64,000 nt of DNA, taken from assembly GCA_964436595.1 (NCBI GenBank), contig CAYTDI010000006.1:16474-80473 (forward strand), read 5' to 3'. Both the position numbers and the translations under genes were made by a program. How positions within the stretch are numbered: the stretch's first letter is position 1; each line of letters opens with the position of its first letter. The DNA comes from an uncultured Eubacterium sp. Lineage in GTDB: Bacteria; Bacillota; Clostridia; Lachnospirales; Lachnospiraceae. The notes beneath the pieces were generated by a model. That model was not told the DNA's origin, did no database searches, and saw only the letters and a program-made list of their open reading frames with translations. Of the stretch, positions 9,328-19,770 are shown in pieces.

Positions 9328-9849
9328 ATGACGCAAAATTCTAATACCAATTCCTACGAAAATCCAGGGCTGTCTTATCTGGAAGATGTGCTATATCAAA
9401 TGCCGGAAGCATATGCTCAGATAAATGGTTCTTCCACCGATTCTAATCTTCACGGAATTGTTCGTTTCTATTCTTCCGGCACAGGTGTAATTGTAAACGC
9501 TGAAATATATGGTCTTCCTACCAGTGATACTTCTCCTTGTGCACCATTTATTCACGGATTTCACATCCATGAGGGCGGCAGTTGTACCGGAACTCCTGCC
9601 AATCCTTTTGCCAATGCCGGAAGTCACTTTAATCCCAATTCCTGTCAGCATCCGGAACATACGGGAGATTTACCCCCTCTTTTTTCAAATGACGGATTTG
9701 CATGGATGTTGTATTACACAGAACGTTTTTCTATTCCTGAAATCCTTGGTAAAACTGTCATTATACATGAAAACCCCGATGATTTTCACAGTCAGCCTTC
9801 TGGAGATTCCGGCAGTATGATTGCCTGTGGTGTCATCACTGCTACTTAA
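9328..9849 (+). CDS. sodC: Superoxide dismutase [Cu-Zn] family protein with no signal peptide
   Basis: 173 aa. The Cu/Zn ligand pattern is intact: HGFHIHE, GSHFNP, HPEHTGDLP and IIHENPDD. Confidence 0.88.
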   Translation: MTQNSNTNSYENPGLSYLEDVLYQMPEAYAQINGSSTDSNLHGIVRFYSSGTGVIVNAEIYGLPTSDTSPCAPFIHGFHIHEGGSCTGTPANPFANAGSHFNPNSCQHPEHTGDLPPLFSNDGFAWMLYYTERFSIPEILGKTVIIHENPDDFHSQPSGDSGSMIACGVITAT

Positions 9850-9867
9850 TTATATGAAAACCTAAAA

Positions 9868-9903
9868 ATAATTCCGCAGATTGATTTTCTGCGGAATTAT
9901 TTT
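9868..9903. terminator. Bidirectional intrinsic terminator (sodC / EF-G2)
   Basis: ATAATTCCGCAG/CTGCGGAATTAT 12-bp stem with flanking A and T runs. Confidence 0.85.
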
Positions 9904-9916
9904 AACTTTCACTTTT

Positions 9917-12007
9917 CTATTCTTCCTCTTTATCCAGTTTATTTGCTCTTGCAGCTACTTCCTTCTCCTGAATATCGCTTGGTGCTTGTTCATATCTGGC
10001 AAATTCATACGAGAATACTCCGCTGCCGCCTGTCATTGAACGCAAATCTGTCATGTAGCCGTACAATTCCATATATGGTACGTCTGCAGTAATCTCGGTT
10101 TTTCCGGTATCACTTGGATTCATTCCCAACACCCTGCCTCGACGTTTGTTCAAATCTCCCATAATATCTCCGGTATATTTATCCGGTACTACAATCTTCA
10201 TGGTGGCAATTGGCTCAAGCAATACCGGAGAAGCCTCCATAACACCTTTTTTAAACGCCTGAATAGTTGCCATCTTAAATGCCATTTCGGAAGAATCTAC
10301 CGGATGATACGAGCCATCATATAATACTGACTTTATTCCTACTACCGGATATGCGGCCATAGGTCCTTTTTGCACCGATTCCTGAAGTCCTTTTTCTACT
10401 GCCGGGAAAAAGTTTTTCGGAACTGCTCCGCCTACTACCTGCTGTTCAAATACATATGGTACTTCCAAATCTCCACTTGGCTCAAAAGTCATTTTTACAT
10501 GACCATACTGACCATGACCACCAGACTGTTTTTTATACTTATATTCTACATCTGCCTTTTTGCGGATAGTCTCACGGAATGCAATCTTTGGTCGGCTTAA
10601 TTCAATCTCTACTTTATAGCGTTCCTTCAGCTTACTTACTACCACTTCTAAATGTTGATCCCCGATTCCATAAATCAAGCTCTGCCCATTGGCACTGTCA
10701 TTTACCACTTTCAGGGTTAAATCTTCCTGCATCAATTTTTGTAATGCCTGAGATATTTTATCTTCGTCCCCTTTATTTTTTGCCTTATACCGCATATAAG
10801 TGTACGGTATGGAAATCTGTGTTTTTCCATACATAACCGGAGCTGTTTTCGTAGATAAGGTATCTCTAGTTGCTACCTTGGAAAGCTTTGCCAATGCACC
10901 AATATCACCAGCATGAAGCTCCGGAACTTCTAATGGCTTATTTCCTCGCATAATGTAAATTTTTCCGATTTTATCTTCCATATCTTTTTCGGAATTATAT
11001 AAAACATCATCCGTCTTAAGTACTCCGGAATTTACTTTGACAAGAGAATACTTTCCAATAAATGGATCTGCAATGGTTTTGAAAATGTAAGCACTCTTTG
11101 GCTTTGCGATATCATAATCTCCTTCAAATACTTCATTTGTTTTCATATTGACACCTTTGCAGGAACGTTTCTCCGGACTTGGGAGATATTTTAAAATATC
11201 ATCCAATAAGGTATAAACGCCCTGTGCCATAACACTAGAACCCATAGAAATCGGAATAATACTTCCGTCTGCCACATTATTTCGAAGTGCTGTACGAATT
11301 TCAAACTCTGAAAATTCTTCTCCTGCAAAATAACGATCCATAAATTCTTCACTTGTTTCTGCTACCGCTTCCATTAACGCTTCACGGCAAATCTCTAAGT
11401 TTGCTTGGGAATAATCCGGAACTGGTACTTCCTCTACTTCTCCCTTATCATTCCAACGATTTCCTGTCTGGGTTACAACATTTACATATCCTACAAACTT
11501 TTCATTTTCACGGATTGGCAAATGAAATGGTGCAATTTTCTTTCCGTACATCTCTTGTAAATCTTCTACTACCTGACGAAAACTTGCATTATCGTCATCC
11601 ATTTCTGTTACAAAAAACATTCTTGGAATCTTATATTTCTCACAAATATCCCATGCCTTTTGCGTTCCTACCTCAATTCCATTTTTGCCGGATACCACAA
11701 TTACCGCAGCATCAGCTACACTAACGGCTTCTTCTACTTCTCCTACAAACCCAAAATATCCCGGTGTATCTAATACATTGATTTTCGTATCTTCCCAAAT
11801 AATTGGCACTACGGTTGTATTAATGGAAAACAGGCGTTTAACTTCTTCCTTATCATAATCACTAATAGTATTTCCATCACTAATCTTTCCCATTCTGGTG
11901 GTAAGTCCGGAAAGATATGCCATTGCCTCCACCAAAGTGGTCTTTCCACATCCTCCATGTCCCAGAAGTGCAATATTTCTAATTTTGTCTGTTGTATAAA
12001 CGTTCAT
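9917..12007 (-). CDS. Elongation factor G paralogue (EF-G2-like translational GTPase)
   Basis: 696 aa. The G1 motif is GHGGCGKTT rather than the canonical AHIDAGKTT. DTPG and the EF-G domain II-V layout are present. Confidence 0.85.
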   Translation of the reverse strand: MNVYTTDKIRNIALLGHGGCGKTTLVEAMAYLSGLTTRMGKISDGNTISDYDKEEVKRLFSINTTVVPIIWEDTKINVLDTPGYFGFVGEVEEAVSVADAAVIVVSGKNGIEVGTQKAWDICEKYKIPRMFFVTEMDDDNASFRQVVEDLQEMYGKKIAPFHLPIRENEKFVGYVNVVTQTGNRWNDKGEVEEVPVPDYSQANLEICREALMEAVAETSEEFMDRYFAGEEFSEFEIRTALRNNVADGSIIPISMGSSVMAQGVYTLLDDILKYLPSPEKRSCKGVNMKTNEVFEGDYDIAKPKSAYIFKTIADPFIGKYSLVKVNSGVLKTDDVLYNSEKDMEDKIGKIYIMRGNKPLEVPELHAGDIGALAKLSKVATRDTLSTKTAPVMYGKTQISIPYTYMRYKAKNKGDEDKISQALQKLMQEDLTLKVVNDSANGQSLIYGIGDQHLEVVVSKLKERYKVEIELSRPKIAFRETIRKKADVEYKYKKQSGGHGQYGHVKMTFEPSGDLEVPYVFEQQVVGGAVPKNFFPAVEKGLQESVQKGPMAAYPVVGIKSVLYDGSYHPVDSSEMAFKMATIQAFKKGVMEASPVLLEPIATMKIVVPDKYTGDIMGDLNKRRGRVLGMNPSDTGKTEITADVPYMELYGYMTDLRSMTGGSGVFSYEFARYEQAPSDIQEKEVAARANKLDKEEE

Positions 12008-12208
12008 GTCAATTCCCCCAATGCTATTATTTTTATAGTATATATTTTACTAAATTGTTTGTATTTTTTCAACTATTTTGTCTATATTTTCTAATTTATT
12101 TCTTTGTATTTTTCTTTTTGCCAAAAATATTCTGCCTTTTTCTTTTCTTGTTTTACAATTATTATCAATCTTGCATATGTCACTTTTTCACTTTGACGTG
12201 ACAAAGTG

Positions 12209-12237
12209 TTGACTTTTTCTTTCCTTTCACTTATGAT
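12209..12237 (+). promoter_or_regulatory. SigmaA-type promoter of the aro operon
   Basis: TTGACT-17 nt-TATGAT. An inverted repeat, CACTTTG-N6-CAAAGTG (12189-12208), abuts the -35 element. Confidence 0.5.
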
Positions 12238-12278
12238 AGAAACAATCATGAAATTTTAGAAAAGCTGAGGTTTAAATT

Positions 12279-13289
12279 ATGATTATTGTAATGAAACAAA
12301 ATGCTTCTCAGGAAGCAATTGAACAAGTGGTATCCGCTATTACTTCCTGCGGTCTTTCCACGCATCTTTCCAAGGGTGAAGAAGTCACTATTATTGGTGT
12401 TATTGGAGATAAGTCCAGATTAAATACACAAGCCATCGAGGGGATTCATTCCGTAGACAAGGTAGTTCCTATTACAGAAAGCTATAAACTTGCCAATAAA
12501 AAATTCCATCCGGAATCTACCAGTATTGCTGTACGCAATACTACCATTGGTGCAAATACTATGACCGTTATGGCTGGTCCATGCGCAGTAGAAACGGAAG
12601 AACAGTTGATGTGCATTGCAAAGGCAGTAAAAAAATCCGGTGCTACTATCTTAAGAGGTGGTGCTTTTAAGCCAAGAACCAGTCCATACTCTTTTCAAGG
12701 ATTAGAAGAAGACGGATTAAAATTCATGCAGACTGCCTGTGCCGAAACCGGACTTGCAGGTATCTGCGAAGTTACCAGTATCCATGCCGTAGAGCTTGCA
12801 ACTAAATATGTAGATATGCTTCAGGTAGGTGCTCGCAATATGCAGAACTTTGAATTATTAAAAGAAGTAGGAAAAACAAAACATCCGGTGCTTTTGAAAC
12901 GCGGCTTATGCGCTACTGTTGATGAATGGTTAAACGCCGCTGAATACATCATGTCAGAGGGTAATCCGAATGTTGTTTTATGTGAACGTGGTATCCGTAC
13001 CTACGAAACTGCTACCAGAAATACCTTAGACTTAAGTGCAGTCTGTGTATTAAAGGAAAAAACACATCTTCCGGTTATTGTTGACCCTAGCCACGCTACC
13101 GGTGTAAGAAGTTATGTAGAACCATTAGCGAAAGCTGCTGTTGCCTGTGGTGCAGATGGTCTTATGATTGAGGTCCACAACGACCCTGCCCATGCACTTT
13201 CCGATGGACCACAGTCACTTACATTTGAACAGTTTGATTCTGTTATGACAAATTTAAAGCCTTATGTGGCATTAACTGGGAGGAAATAA
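12279..13289 (+). CDS. aroF: 3-deoxy-7-phosphoheptulonate (DAHP) synthase, type I-beta with an N-terminal regulatory domain
   Basis: 336 aa. The KDSA/DAHPS core includes [23 protein letters not shown] and VDPSHA. Confidence 0.9.
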   Translation: MIIVMKQNASQEAIEQVVSAITSCGLSTHLSKGEEVTIIGVIGDKSRLNTQAIEGIHSVDKVVPITESYKLANKKFHPESTSIAVRNTTIGANTMTVMAGPCAVETEEQLMCIAKAVKKSGATILRGGAFKPRTSPYSFQGLEEDGLKFMQTACAETGLAGICEVTSIHAVELATKYVDMLQVGARNMQNFELLKEVGKTKHPVLLKRGLCATVDEWLNAAEYIMSEGNPNVVLCERGIRTYETATRNTLDLSAVCVLKEKTHLPVIVDPSHATGVRSYVEPLAKAAVACGADGLMIEVHNDPAHALSDGPQSLTFEQFDSVMTNLKPYVALTGRK

Positions 13290-13291
13290 GG

Positions 13292-14389
13292 ATGTTGCCG
13301 GATAAAATTGGTTTTATCGGTCTTGGTCTGATTGGTGGAGCAATTGCCAAGACAATCCATCGGGTATATCCCAATATTTCACTAATTGCATATGATATTG
13401 ATACTGCTTCTCTTTCACAAGCAGTATCAGACGGTGTACTTACTCATTCTTACGATACGATTAGTGATAATTTTGCTTCCTGCCGTTATATTTTTCTATG
13501 TGCACCTGTACAGAAAAATGCAGAATTTCTTGCAAAATTGTCAAGTTTTGCCGGAGAATCCTGCATTATTACAGATGTTGGGAGTGTGAAAACCGCTATC
13601 CACCAAGAAATTGCCGGAACTCCCATAGAACCATATTTTATCGGCGGACACCCAATGTGCGGTTCAGAAAAAAGCGGCTATGCCAATGCTACGCCTTATC
13701 TTCTTGAAAATGCCTACTACATTCTGACCCCTACCCGCAAAACATCTACCTCGTTATTAGAAGAATTTCAGACTTTTATCCAGTCACTTGGAGCTATTCC
13801 AATGGTAATGGATTACGAAGCACATGATCATGCCACAGCCGCTATCAGTCATCTTCCCCATATTCTTGCCTTTACTTTGGTAAATTTGGTAAAAGAATTG
13901 GATAATCCGCAAGAGACTATGAAAACCATTGCTGCCGGCGGTTTTCGGGATATGACCAGAATTGCTTCTTCTTCCCCTATAATGTGGCAGCAAATTTGCC
14001 TTACCAATCAAAAACAAATTTTAAGTCTTTTAGATTCATTTATCGAAGCACTTGAAAACATTCGTCAAGAAATTGAAATGCAGAATAATTCTTATTTGCT
14101 TGACTTTTTCCAGTCTGCCAAAGATTACAGAGATTCCTTAAGCCTTAAAAGTTCCGGTCCTCTTTCAAAAACCTTTGAGATATATTGTGACCTGATTGAT
14201 GAGACCGGTGGTATTGCAACTCTTGCTACTATTTTAGCTAAGAATCATATCAGTATTAAAAACATTGGTATTATACATAACAGAGAATTTCAGGATGGTG
14301 TTTTACATATTGAATTTTACGAAGAGGATGCTCTTAAAAAAGCTCTGGTTCTGCTTCGCAACTATCACTACACCGTCTATGAACGTTAA
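13292..14389 (+). CDS. tyrA: Prephenate dehydrogenase with a C-terminal ACT-like domain
   Basis: 365 aa. Has a Rossmann motif (IGFIGLGLIGG) and GGHPMCGSE. Confidence 0.9.
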   Translation: MLPDKIGFIGLGLIGGAIAKTIHRVYPNISLIAYDIDTASLSQAVSDGVLTHSYDTISDNFASCRYIFLCAPVQKNAEFLAKLSSFAGESCIITDVGSVKTAIHQEIAGTPIEPYFIGGHPMCGSEKSGYANATPYLLENAYYILTPTRKTSTSLLEEFQTFIQSLGAIPMVMDYEAHDHATAAISHLPHILAFTLVNLVKELDNPQETMKTIAAGGFRDMTRIASSSPIMWQQICLTNQKQILSLLDSFIEALENIRQEIEMQNNSYLLDFFQSAKDYRDSLSLKSSGPLSKTFEIYCDLIDETGGIATLATILAKNHISIKNIGIIHNREFQDGVLHIEFYEEDALKKALVLLRNYHYTVYER

Positions 14390-14401
14390 GAGGTATCTAT
14401 T

Positions 14402-15679
14402 ATGAAAATTACAAATAATTACACATTTCACGGAGAACTGGCTGTACCCGGTGATAAATCCATTTCGCACCGTTCCATTATGTTTGGTGCTATTTCAGAT
14501 GGATTGACTGAGGTTACAAACTTCCTTCAGGGTGCAGATTGTCTTTCAACGATTTCTTGTTTTAGAAGTCTTGGAATTGAAATTGAAAACACGTCTGATT
14601 GTATTTTAATCCATGGTAAAGGACTTCACGGATTAAAACAGTCAAATCATACTTTAGATGTAGGAAACAGTGGAACTACCACCCGACTTATTTCCGGAAT
14701 TTTAGCAGGACAACCTTTCCAAACTACATTAAATGGAGATGCTTCTATTCAAAAACGCCCTATGAAACGTATTTTTACTCCACTTTCTTCTATGGGGGCA
14801 CGTTTTGAAAGTTTAAACGGAAATGACTGCGCTCCTTTTACGGTTCATGGCGGACAGCTTCATGGTATTCACTATGATTCTCCGGTAGCTTCTGCACAGG
14901 TAAAGTCTGCTGTTCTTCTTGCCGGACTTTATGCCGATGGTATTACCAGTGTAACAGAACCGGTTCTTTCCCGTAACCATACAGAGCTCATGCTTACCGG
15001 ATTTGGTGCTAATATTACTTCTTCCGGAACTACCGCTTCTATTGAACCGGAGCCGTACCTGCACGGACAACAAATTCAAGTTCCGGGAGATATTTCTTCT
15101 GCGGCATACTTTATTGCCCTGGGACTTATTACGCCTAATTCAGAGATTTTAATAAAGAATGTGGGAGTAAATCCTACCAGAGATGGTATTATACAAGCAG
15201 CCCTAGCTATGGGCGGTGACCTTACCCTTTTAAATAAGCGCACTGTTTCCGGCGAACCGGTTGCTGACATCTTAGTAAAGAGCAGTTCCTTACATGGTGC
15301 TTCCATTGGCGGTGACTTAATCCCAACATTAATTGATGAATTACCTGTAATTGCTGTCATGGCCGCCTTTGCCGAGGGAACTACTACGATTACAGATGCA
15401 CAGGAGCTGCGTGTAAAGGAATCCGACCGTATTGCAGTTGTAACGGAAAACCTTTCTGCTATGGGCGGAAAAATTACTCCTACCGAAGACGGAATGATTA
15501 TTGAAGGCGGTACACCACTTCACGGAGCTTGTATTCAAACACATTTAGATCACAGAATTGCTATGTCCTTTGCGATTGCCGGACTAAATGCCGATGGCGA
15601 GACTACTTTCGATGATAAAGACGTTGTTACTATTTCTTATCCTTCCTTTTTCGAAGATATTGAAAAACTTACACGTTAA
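14402..15679 (+). CDS. aroA: 3-phosphoshikimate 1-carboxyvinyltransferase (EPSP synthase)
   Basis: 425 aa. Motifs PGDKSISHR, GNSGTTTR and LRVKESDR. Confidence 0.95.
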   Translation: MKITNNYTFHGELAVPGDKSISHRSIMFGAISDGLTEVTNFLQGADCLSTISCFRSLGIEIENTSDCILIHGKGLHGLKQSNHTLDVGNSGTTTRLISGILAGQPFQTTLNGDASIQKRPMKRIFTPLSSMGARFESLNGNDCAPFTVHGGQLHGIHYDSPVASAQVKSAVLLAGLYADGITSVTEPVLSRNHTELMLTGFGANITSSGTTASIEPEPYLHGQQIQVPGDISSAAYFIALGLITPNSEILIKNVGVNPTRDGIIQAALAMGGDLTLLNKRTVSGEPVADILVKSSSLHGASIGGDLIPTLIDELPVIAVMAAFAEGTTTITDAQELRVKESDRIAVVTENLSAMGGKITPTEDGMIIEGGTPLHGACIQTHLDHRIAMSFAIAGLNADGETTFDDKDVVTISYPSFFEDIEKLTR

Positions 15680-15686
15680 ATATAAT

Positions 15687-15723
15687 AAGCCCCCGAATGA
15701 CTCTTATAATCATTCGGGGGCTT
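15687..15723. terminator. Bidirectional intrinsic terminator (aroA / MCP)
   Basis: AAGCCCCCGAATGA/TCATTCGGGGGCTT 14-bp stem. Confidence 0.9.
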
Positions 15724-15742
15724 GTTCTTTCTCTTTTTCTAT

Positions 15743-17428
15743 TTACTCCATTTTGAAACCGGAAGTAATTTCATTTAACTGTTTGGATAACTCTTCACAT
15801 TCTTTTGTCATCTCATAAAGATTCTCTGTGTAATTTACCACTTCTGTGGTCTTTCCGGCAATATCTGATACTCCTTCTGCGGATTCATTGATTGTAGTAT
15901 TGATTCCGCCAATTGCTTCGGTGATAACATTGATTCCTTTTTCCAATTCTTCTGCTTCTTTTTCAGCTTCTAACATAAAGTTCTGAATATGTTCTGCTGC
16001 TTCTTTATATTCTTTTCCAGATGTAAGGAAATCACTGTAATCCTTTGTTACTTCATTTCCAAGGAATTCCAATGTCTGTTTCAAACAATCCATCAACGTC
16101 TGCACTGACTCGTTTACCTGATTTACAATATCAATAATTCCGGTTGCCGTACTAGAGCTTTGTTCTGCCAATTTTCCGATTTGATCTGCAACAACTGCAA
16201 ATCCTCTTCCGTTTTCACCTGCTCTTGCCGCTTCAATAGATGCATTCAAGGATAACAAGGTTGTCTCCTCAGCAATTTCCTGAATAGTTCCTGTCAATTC
16301 ATTAATCTTGTCTACGGCAGATGCTTTCTCTATTGCATCCTTTGACACCTTACGAATTGCATCATACATTTCCAGCGTATTCTTATTGGCTTTTTCACTC
16401 TGGTTTGCCAACATTTCTGATTTTTCCATAATATCAGTTGTCATCTGTGCTCCCTCTTTAATCTTTCCGGTTACATTGATGACATTTTCCTGCATATCTG
16501 CAATACTCTCATTAATAGATTCTGATGACGCAGAGGTTTCTTCCATTCCTGCTGCTAATTCTTCCGTAGTTGCTGAGTTATCTGTAGATGCCATATTGAC
16601 CTCTTTAGATATCTCACTTAACTCTTCCGAACTATGTAATAATTTCTCAGAAATATTACTTAATTTTGCCACAATCGCTGCCAGCTTGCTTTTCATATCA
16701 ATAATTGCAACGCCCATATTAGCAATTTCGTCTTTGGTTTTTGGCATTTTTTCCTGTGTAGATAAATCAAATTCGGAAATAGAATGAATTACTTTTGTCA
16801 ATGGTTTAATCGGTCTTGTAATAACTGAAGTAATAAGATATCCAATCAAAATAATAACTGCTACCAAAATAACTCCAACTATCATACAATACATATTCAT
16901 TGTATTAACCGGTTCCATTACCTCAGACTTATCTGCCTGTACGAATAATACCCAGTTATTTACCGTACACATAAATGCAACATACTTTTCTTCTCCATCT
17001 ACGGTACACTCACGCACATCAGCTGTTGTAATTACACCCTCTGCATTTAACGTATCCAATACTCCCTGTACAACACTATTTCCTTCAATCGTAGTTCCGA
17101 TTTTACTACGGTCTTTGGAATACAGATATGTTCCGTCTGTATCAACCAAACACGCCTCACTTGACTTCATTCCGTCAATACCAACACTATTCAGAATAAA
17201 TTCCAAACGCACAGACATATCGATTCTTTCTGTATCACCCCAGAAGCTTTCATATAATGTATCTGATGCTGATGTACAAACATCATACAAGTAATTCTCA
17301 CAAAGTGAAACTACATTTTTCTCACTTACCATTCTTGAAGCTAATAAAATCCCTGCTATCAGCAGAATGGAAGTGGAAATCATCATAACGGATACTTTTC
17401 CCTTTATGGTTCCAAATATTTTCTTCAT
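15743..17428 (-). CDS. Methyl-accepting chemotaxis protein with an extracytoplasmic Cache-like sensor
   Basis: 561 aa. Layout is TM, ~160-aa ectodomain, TM, HAMP, then the MA signalling domain (EETTLLSLNASIEAARAGENGRGFAVVADQIGKLAEQS). Confidence 0.9.
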   Translation of the reverse strand: MKKIFGTIKGKVSVMMISTSILLIAGILLASRMVSEKNVVSLCENYLYDVCTSASDTLYESFWGDTERIDMSVRLEFILNSVGIDGMKSSEACLVDTDGTYLYSKDRSKIGTTIEGNSVVQGVLDTLNAEGVITTADVRECTVDGEEKYVAFMCTVNNWVLFVQADKSEVMEPVNTMNMYCMIVGVILVAVIILIGYLITSVITRPIKPLTKVIHSISEFDLSTQEKMPKTKDEIANMGVAIIDMKSKLAAIVAKLSNISEKLLHSSEELSEISKEVNMASTDNSATTEELAAGMEETSASSESINESIADMQENVINVTGKIKEGAQMTTDIMEKSEMLANQSEKANKNTLEMYDAIRKVSKDAIEKASAVDKINELTGTIQEIAEETTLLSLNASIEAARAGENGRGFAVVADQIGKLAEQSSSTATGIIDIVNQVNESVQTLMDCLKQTLEFLGNEVTKDYSDFLTSGKEYKEAAEHIQNFMLEAEKEAEELEKGINVITEAIGGINTTINESAEGVSDIAGKTTEVVNYTENLYEMTKECEELSKQLNEITSGFKME

Positions 17429-17458
17429 CGTTTTCGCTCCAATCTTCTAATAAACAGA

Positions 17459-18772
17459 CTATTTTTGTTCTTTCCACTGTGTCTTTACATCACTTACTAC
17501 TTCTTCCCAAGTCATTTCACCCTTTACATAACTTAAAAGATCTGCTCCGAACTGGTCTTTAAAAAGCTGTCCCGGAAATGCTGTAAAGTTCCATGCTACA
17601 CTCTGTTTACTTTCATCAGACATTGCCGCAATTACTTGCTGTGCCAATGGGTCAGTTGGCTTTTCATCATCATCAAAAGTATCAAACGGTGCAATAAATC
17701 CAAGCTTATTAGTTACATAATCCTTTCCTATATCAGAAGTAAACAGCCATTCAATAAAATCAAGGGTTGCTTTCTGATCTTCCTCAGATGCCCAGCTACT
17801 TACACTAAAGTAGTTTTCTGTACCAATACAGATACCCTGACTTTCCTCGCCATCCATTCCGATGTAAATTGGCAGGAATTTTACATCATCCTCACCAACT
17901 ACATTTCCATCAATTGCTTCAATCTGACTCCATGCCCAGTTACCATTCTGTACCATGGCTACTTTTCCCTGTGCAAATTCCTCCATGGAATTACTTACGG
18001 TTTTAGAACCTAACTCCATTTTATCCGTACAAGAATTATTTACATATAGTTCAAATATATCTTTAAAATTATCCGCATATGTAAAATCAATTTCATCCAA
18101 ATCATTTACCTCTTTATCATTAAATTCATAATAAATCGGTAAATTCATAAGATGTGTCTGCCATCTCCAGTCCTCTCCTGAGCTCAAAGAGGTAGACGCA
18201 AATACACCTTCAATTCCCAACTGTTCTTTATGAGCAGTCATGTCTTCTGCCACTGCTTTTAACAACTCATAACTGTTAATTTCTTCTGCGGAAGAAATAG
18301 AAACTGCCTTATCCGGTAATGCAAAATACTTTTTCATAATGCTATCATTGTAAATAATTCCATATCCTTCTACTACATACGGAATACCATACACGCCACC
18401 ATCAGACTCTACCGCAAGACTTTTATCCAACAAATGATCATATAAATCTGTATCCTTTAAGTCCAAACAAAACGCTGACCAATTTTCATACCCGATTGGT
18501 CCATTAATTTGAAAAAGAGTTGGTGCCTCTCTTTTGGCAATTTCAGACTGTAAAACCTGTTCATATGTTCCACTTGCTGCCGTAGTTACCCTTACCTCAA
18601 CTCCCGTTTCCTTTGTATAGGTCTCTGCAATTTCTTCCCATACTTCTGCTACTTCTGGCTTAAAATTCAGGTAGTATACACTTCCCGTTTCCTTTTTGGA
18701 ACTTGCACATCCCGTCAAGGCAAACGCCAATAATAACAATACTGCAATAACTCCTATTCTGTTTTTTTTCAT
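17459..18772 (-). CDS. ABC-type carbohydrate solute-binding lipoprotein (family 1), with no permease or ATPase genes nearby
   Basis: 437 aa. Lipobox LTGCASS. Typical SBP_bac_1-like sequence. Confidence 0.85.
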   Translation of the reverse strand: MKKNRIGVIAVLLLLAFALTGCASSKKETGSVYYLNFKPEVAEVWEEIAETYTKETGVEVRVTTAASGTYEQVLQSEIAKREAPTLFQINGPIGYENWSAFCLDLKDTDLYDHLLDKSLAVESDGGVYGIPYVVEGYGIIYNDSIMKKYFALPDKAVSISSAEEINSYELLKAVAEDMTAHKEQLGIEGVFASTSLSSGEDWRWQTHLMNLPIYYEFNDKEVNDLDEIDFTYADNFKDIFELYVNNSCTDKMELGSKTVSNSMEEFAQGKVAMVQNGNWAWSQIEAIDGNVVGEDDVKFLPIYIGMDGEESQGICIGTENYFSVSSWASEEDQKATLDFIEWLFTSDIGKDYVTNKLGFIAPFDTFDDDEKPTDPLAQQVIAAMSDESKQSVAWNFTAFPGQLFKDQFGADLLSYVKGEMTWEEVVSDVKTQWKEQK

Positions 18773-18894
18773 CGGTATTCCTCCCTAAAGTATGATACTA
18801 TATACTATTTTATTTTACCATTCGTATACATTTAATTTCAATATCTTATATAAACATCACAAAAATTTGATATAAAAAAAGCAGACATAACTGT

Positions 18895-19758
18895 CTACTT
18901 TTTCTCTCCTATTTCTTCTCCCATTTTTACTATGGTTTCATATCCATTTTTTGTATTTTCCAGTATTGCCTTTTCTATTTCCACTGCATTCTTTTGAAAA
19001 ATCAAAATTACAGTAGACCCTCCGAACTCAAACATTCCCTTTTCTTCGCCACGTCTTACTTCTGCTTCTTCCTGATGGTTTACGATACGCCCCACCATAA
19101 GAGCTCCTACTTCCATCATCAATATAGTTTTAAAATGCTTACTTTGCAGCAACGAAAACTCTCTTGTGTTCTCTTTATAAATAGGATATACATCATTAGC
19201 AGCCGGATTTACCGTATGAAATACTCCGGGAATATGATGATTTGCAGACTTTCTGCCATCATCCACATAACAATATCTATGATAATCGTCTACTGTCAGA
19301 CGAAACACACAGATAGTTCCGCCCTCATATTTCTTTGCAAGCTTTTTGGAACGCAATAAAGACTCCAAGGTATATGCCGTATTTTTTATCATAAAATGTT
19401 GATTTTCTTCTATTGGATATACACTCAATTTCCCATCACAAGGACTAATCAGTATGTTTTCACCCTCTGCAATCGGTCTGCATTCTTTTCGTATCTGTCT
19501 GGTAAAAAAATCATTATATGAATTGTAATTCTTTTCTTCATATAAACTCATATCTATTTCATTTTTCTGAATAAATGGCGAAATAAATATTTTCGACCAT
19601 TTTTTATCTAACGCCCAACCTGCTGCTTTTGAAATTGTGGGTTTCGTTAAAAAACGCAAAACAGTTCTTCCCAAGGACCTATCATACATCCACCGCAACA
19701 GTTTATCCTGCCCCGAATCCTCAATGGTGATATTTCCCTCTCTGTCAATATATCGCAT
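18895..19758 (-). CDS. psd: Phosphatidylserine decarboxylase proenzyme
   Basis: 287 aa. The self-cleavage motif FEFGGSTVILIF is present. Confidence 0.9.
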   Translation of the reverse strand: MRYIDREGNITIEDSGQDKLLRWMYDRSLGRTVLRFLTKPTISKAAGWALDKKWSKIFISPFIQKNEIDMSLYEEKNYNSYNDFFTRQIRKECRPIAEGENILISPCDGKLSVYPIEENQHFMIKNTAYTLESLLRSKKLAKKYEGGTICVFRLTVDDYHRYCYVDDGRKSANHHIPGVFHTVNPAANDVYPIYKENTREFSLLQSKHFKTILMMEVGALMVGRIVNHQEEAEVRRGEEKGMFEFGGSTVILIFQKNAVEIEKAILENTKNGYETIVKMGEEIGEKK

Positions 19759-19770
19759 ACTTCATCCTTC

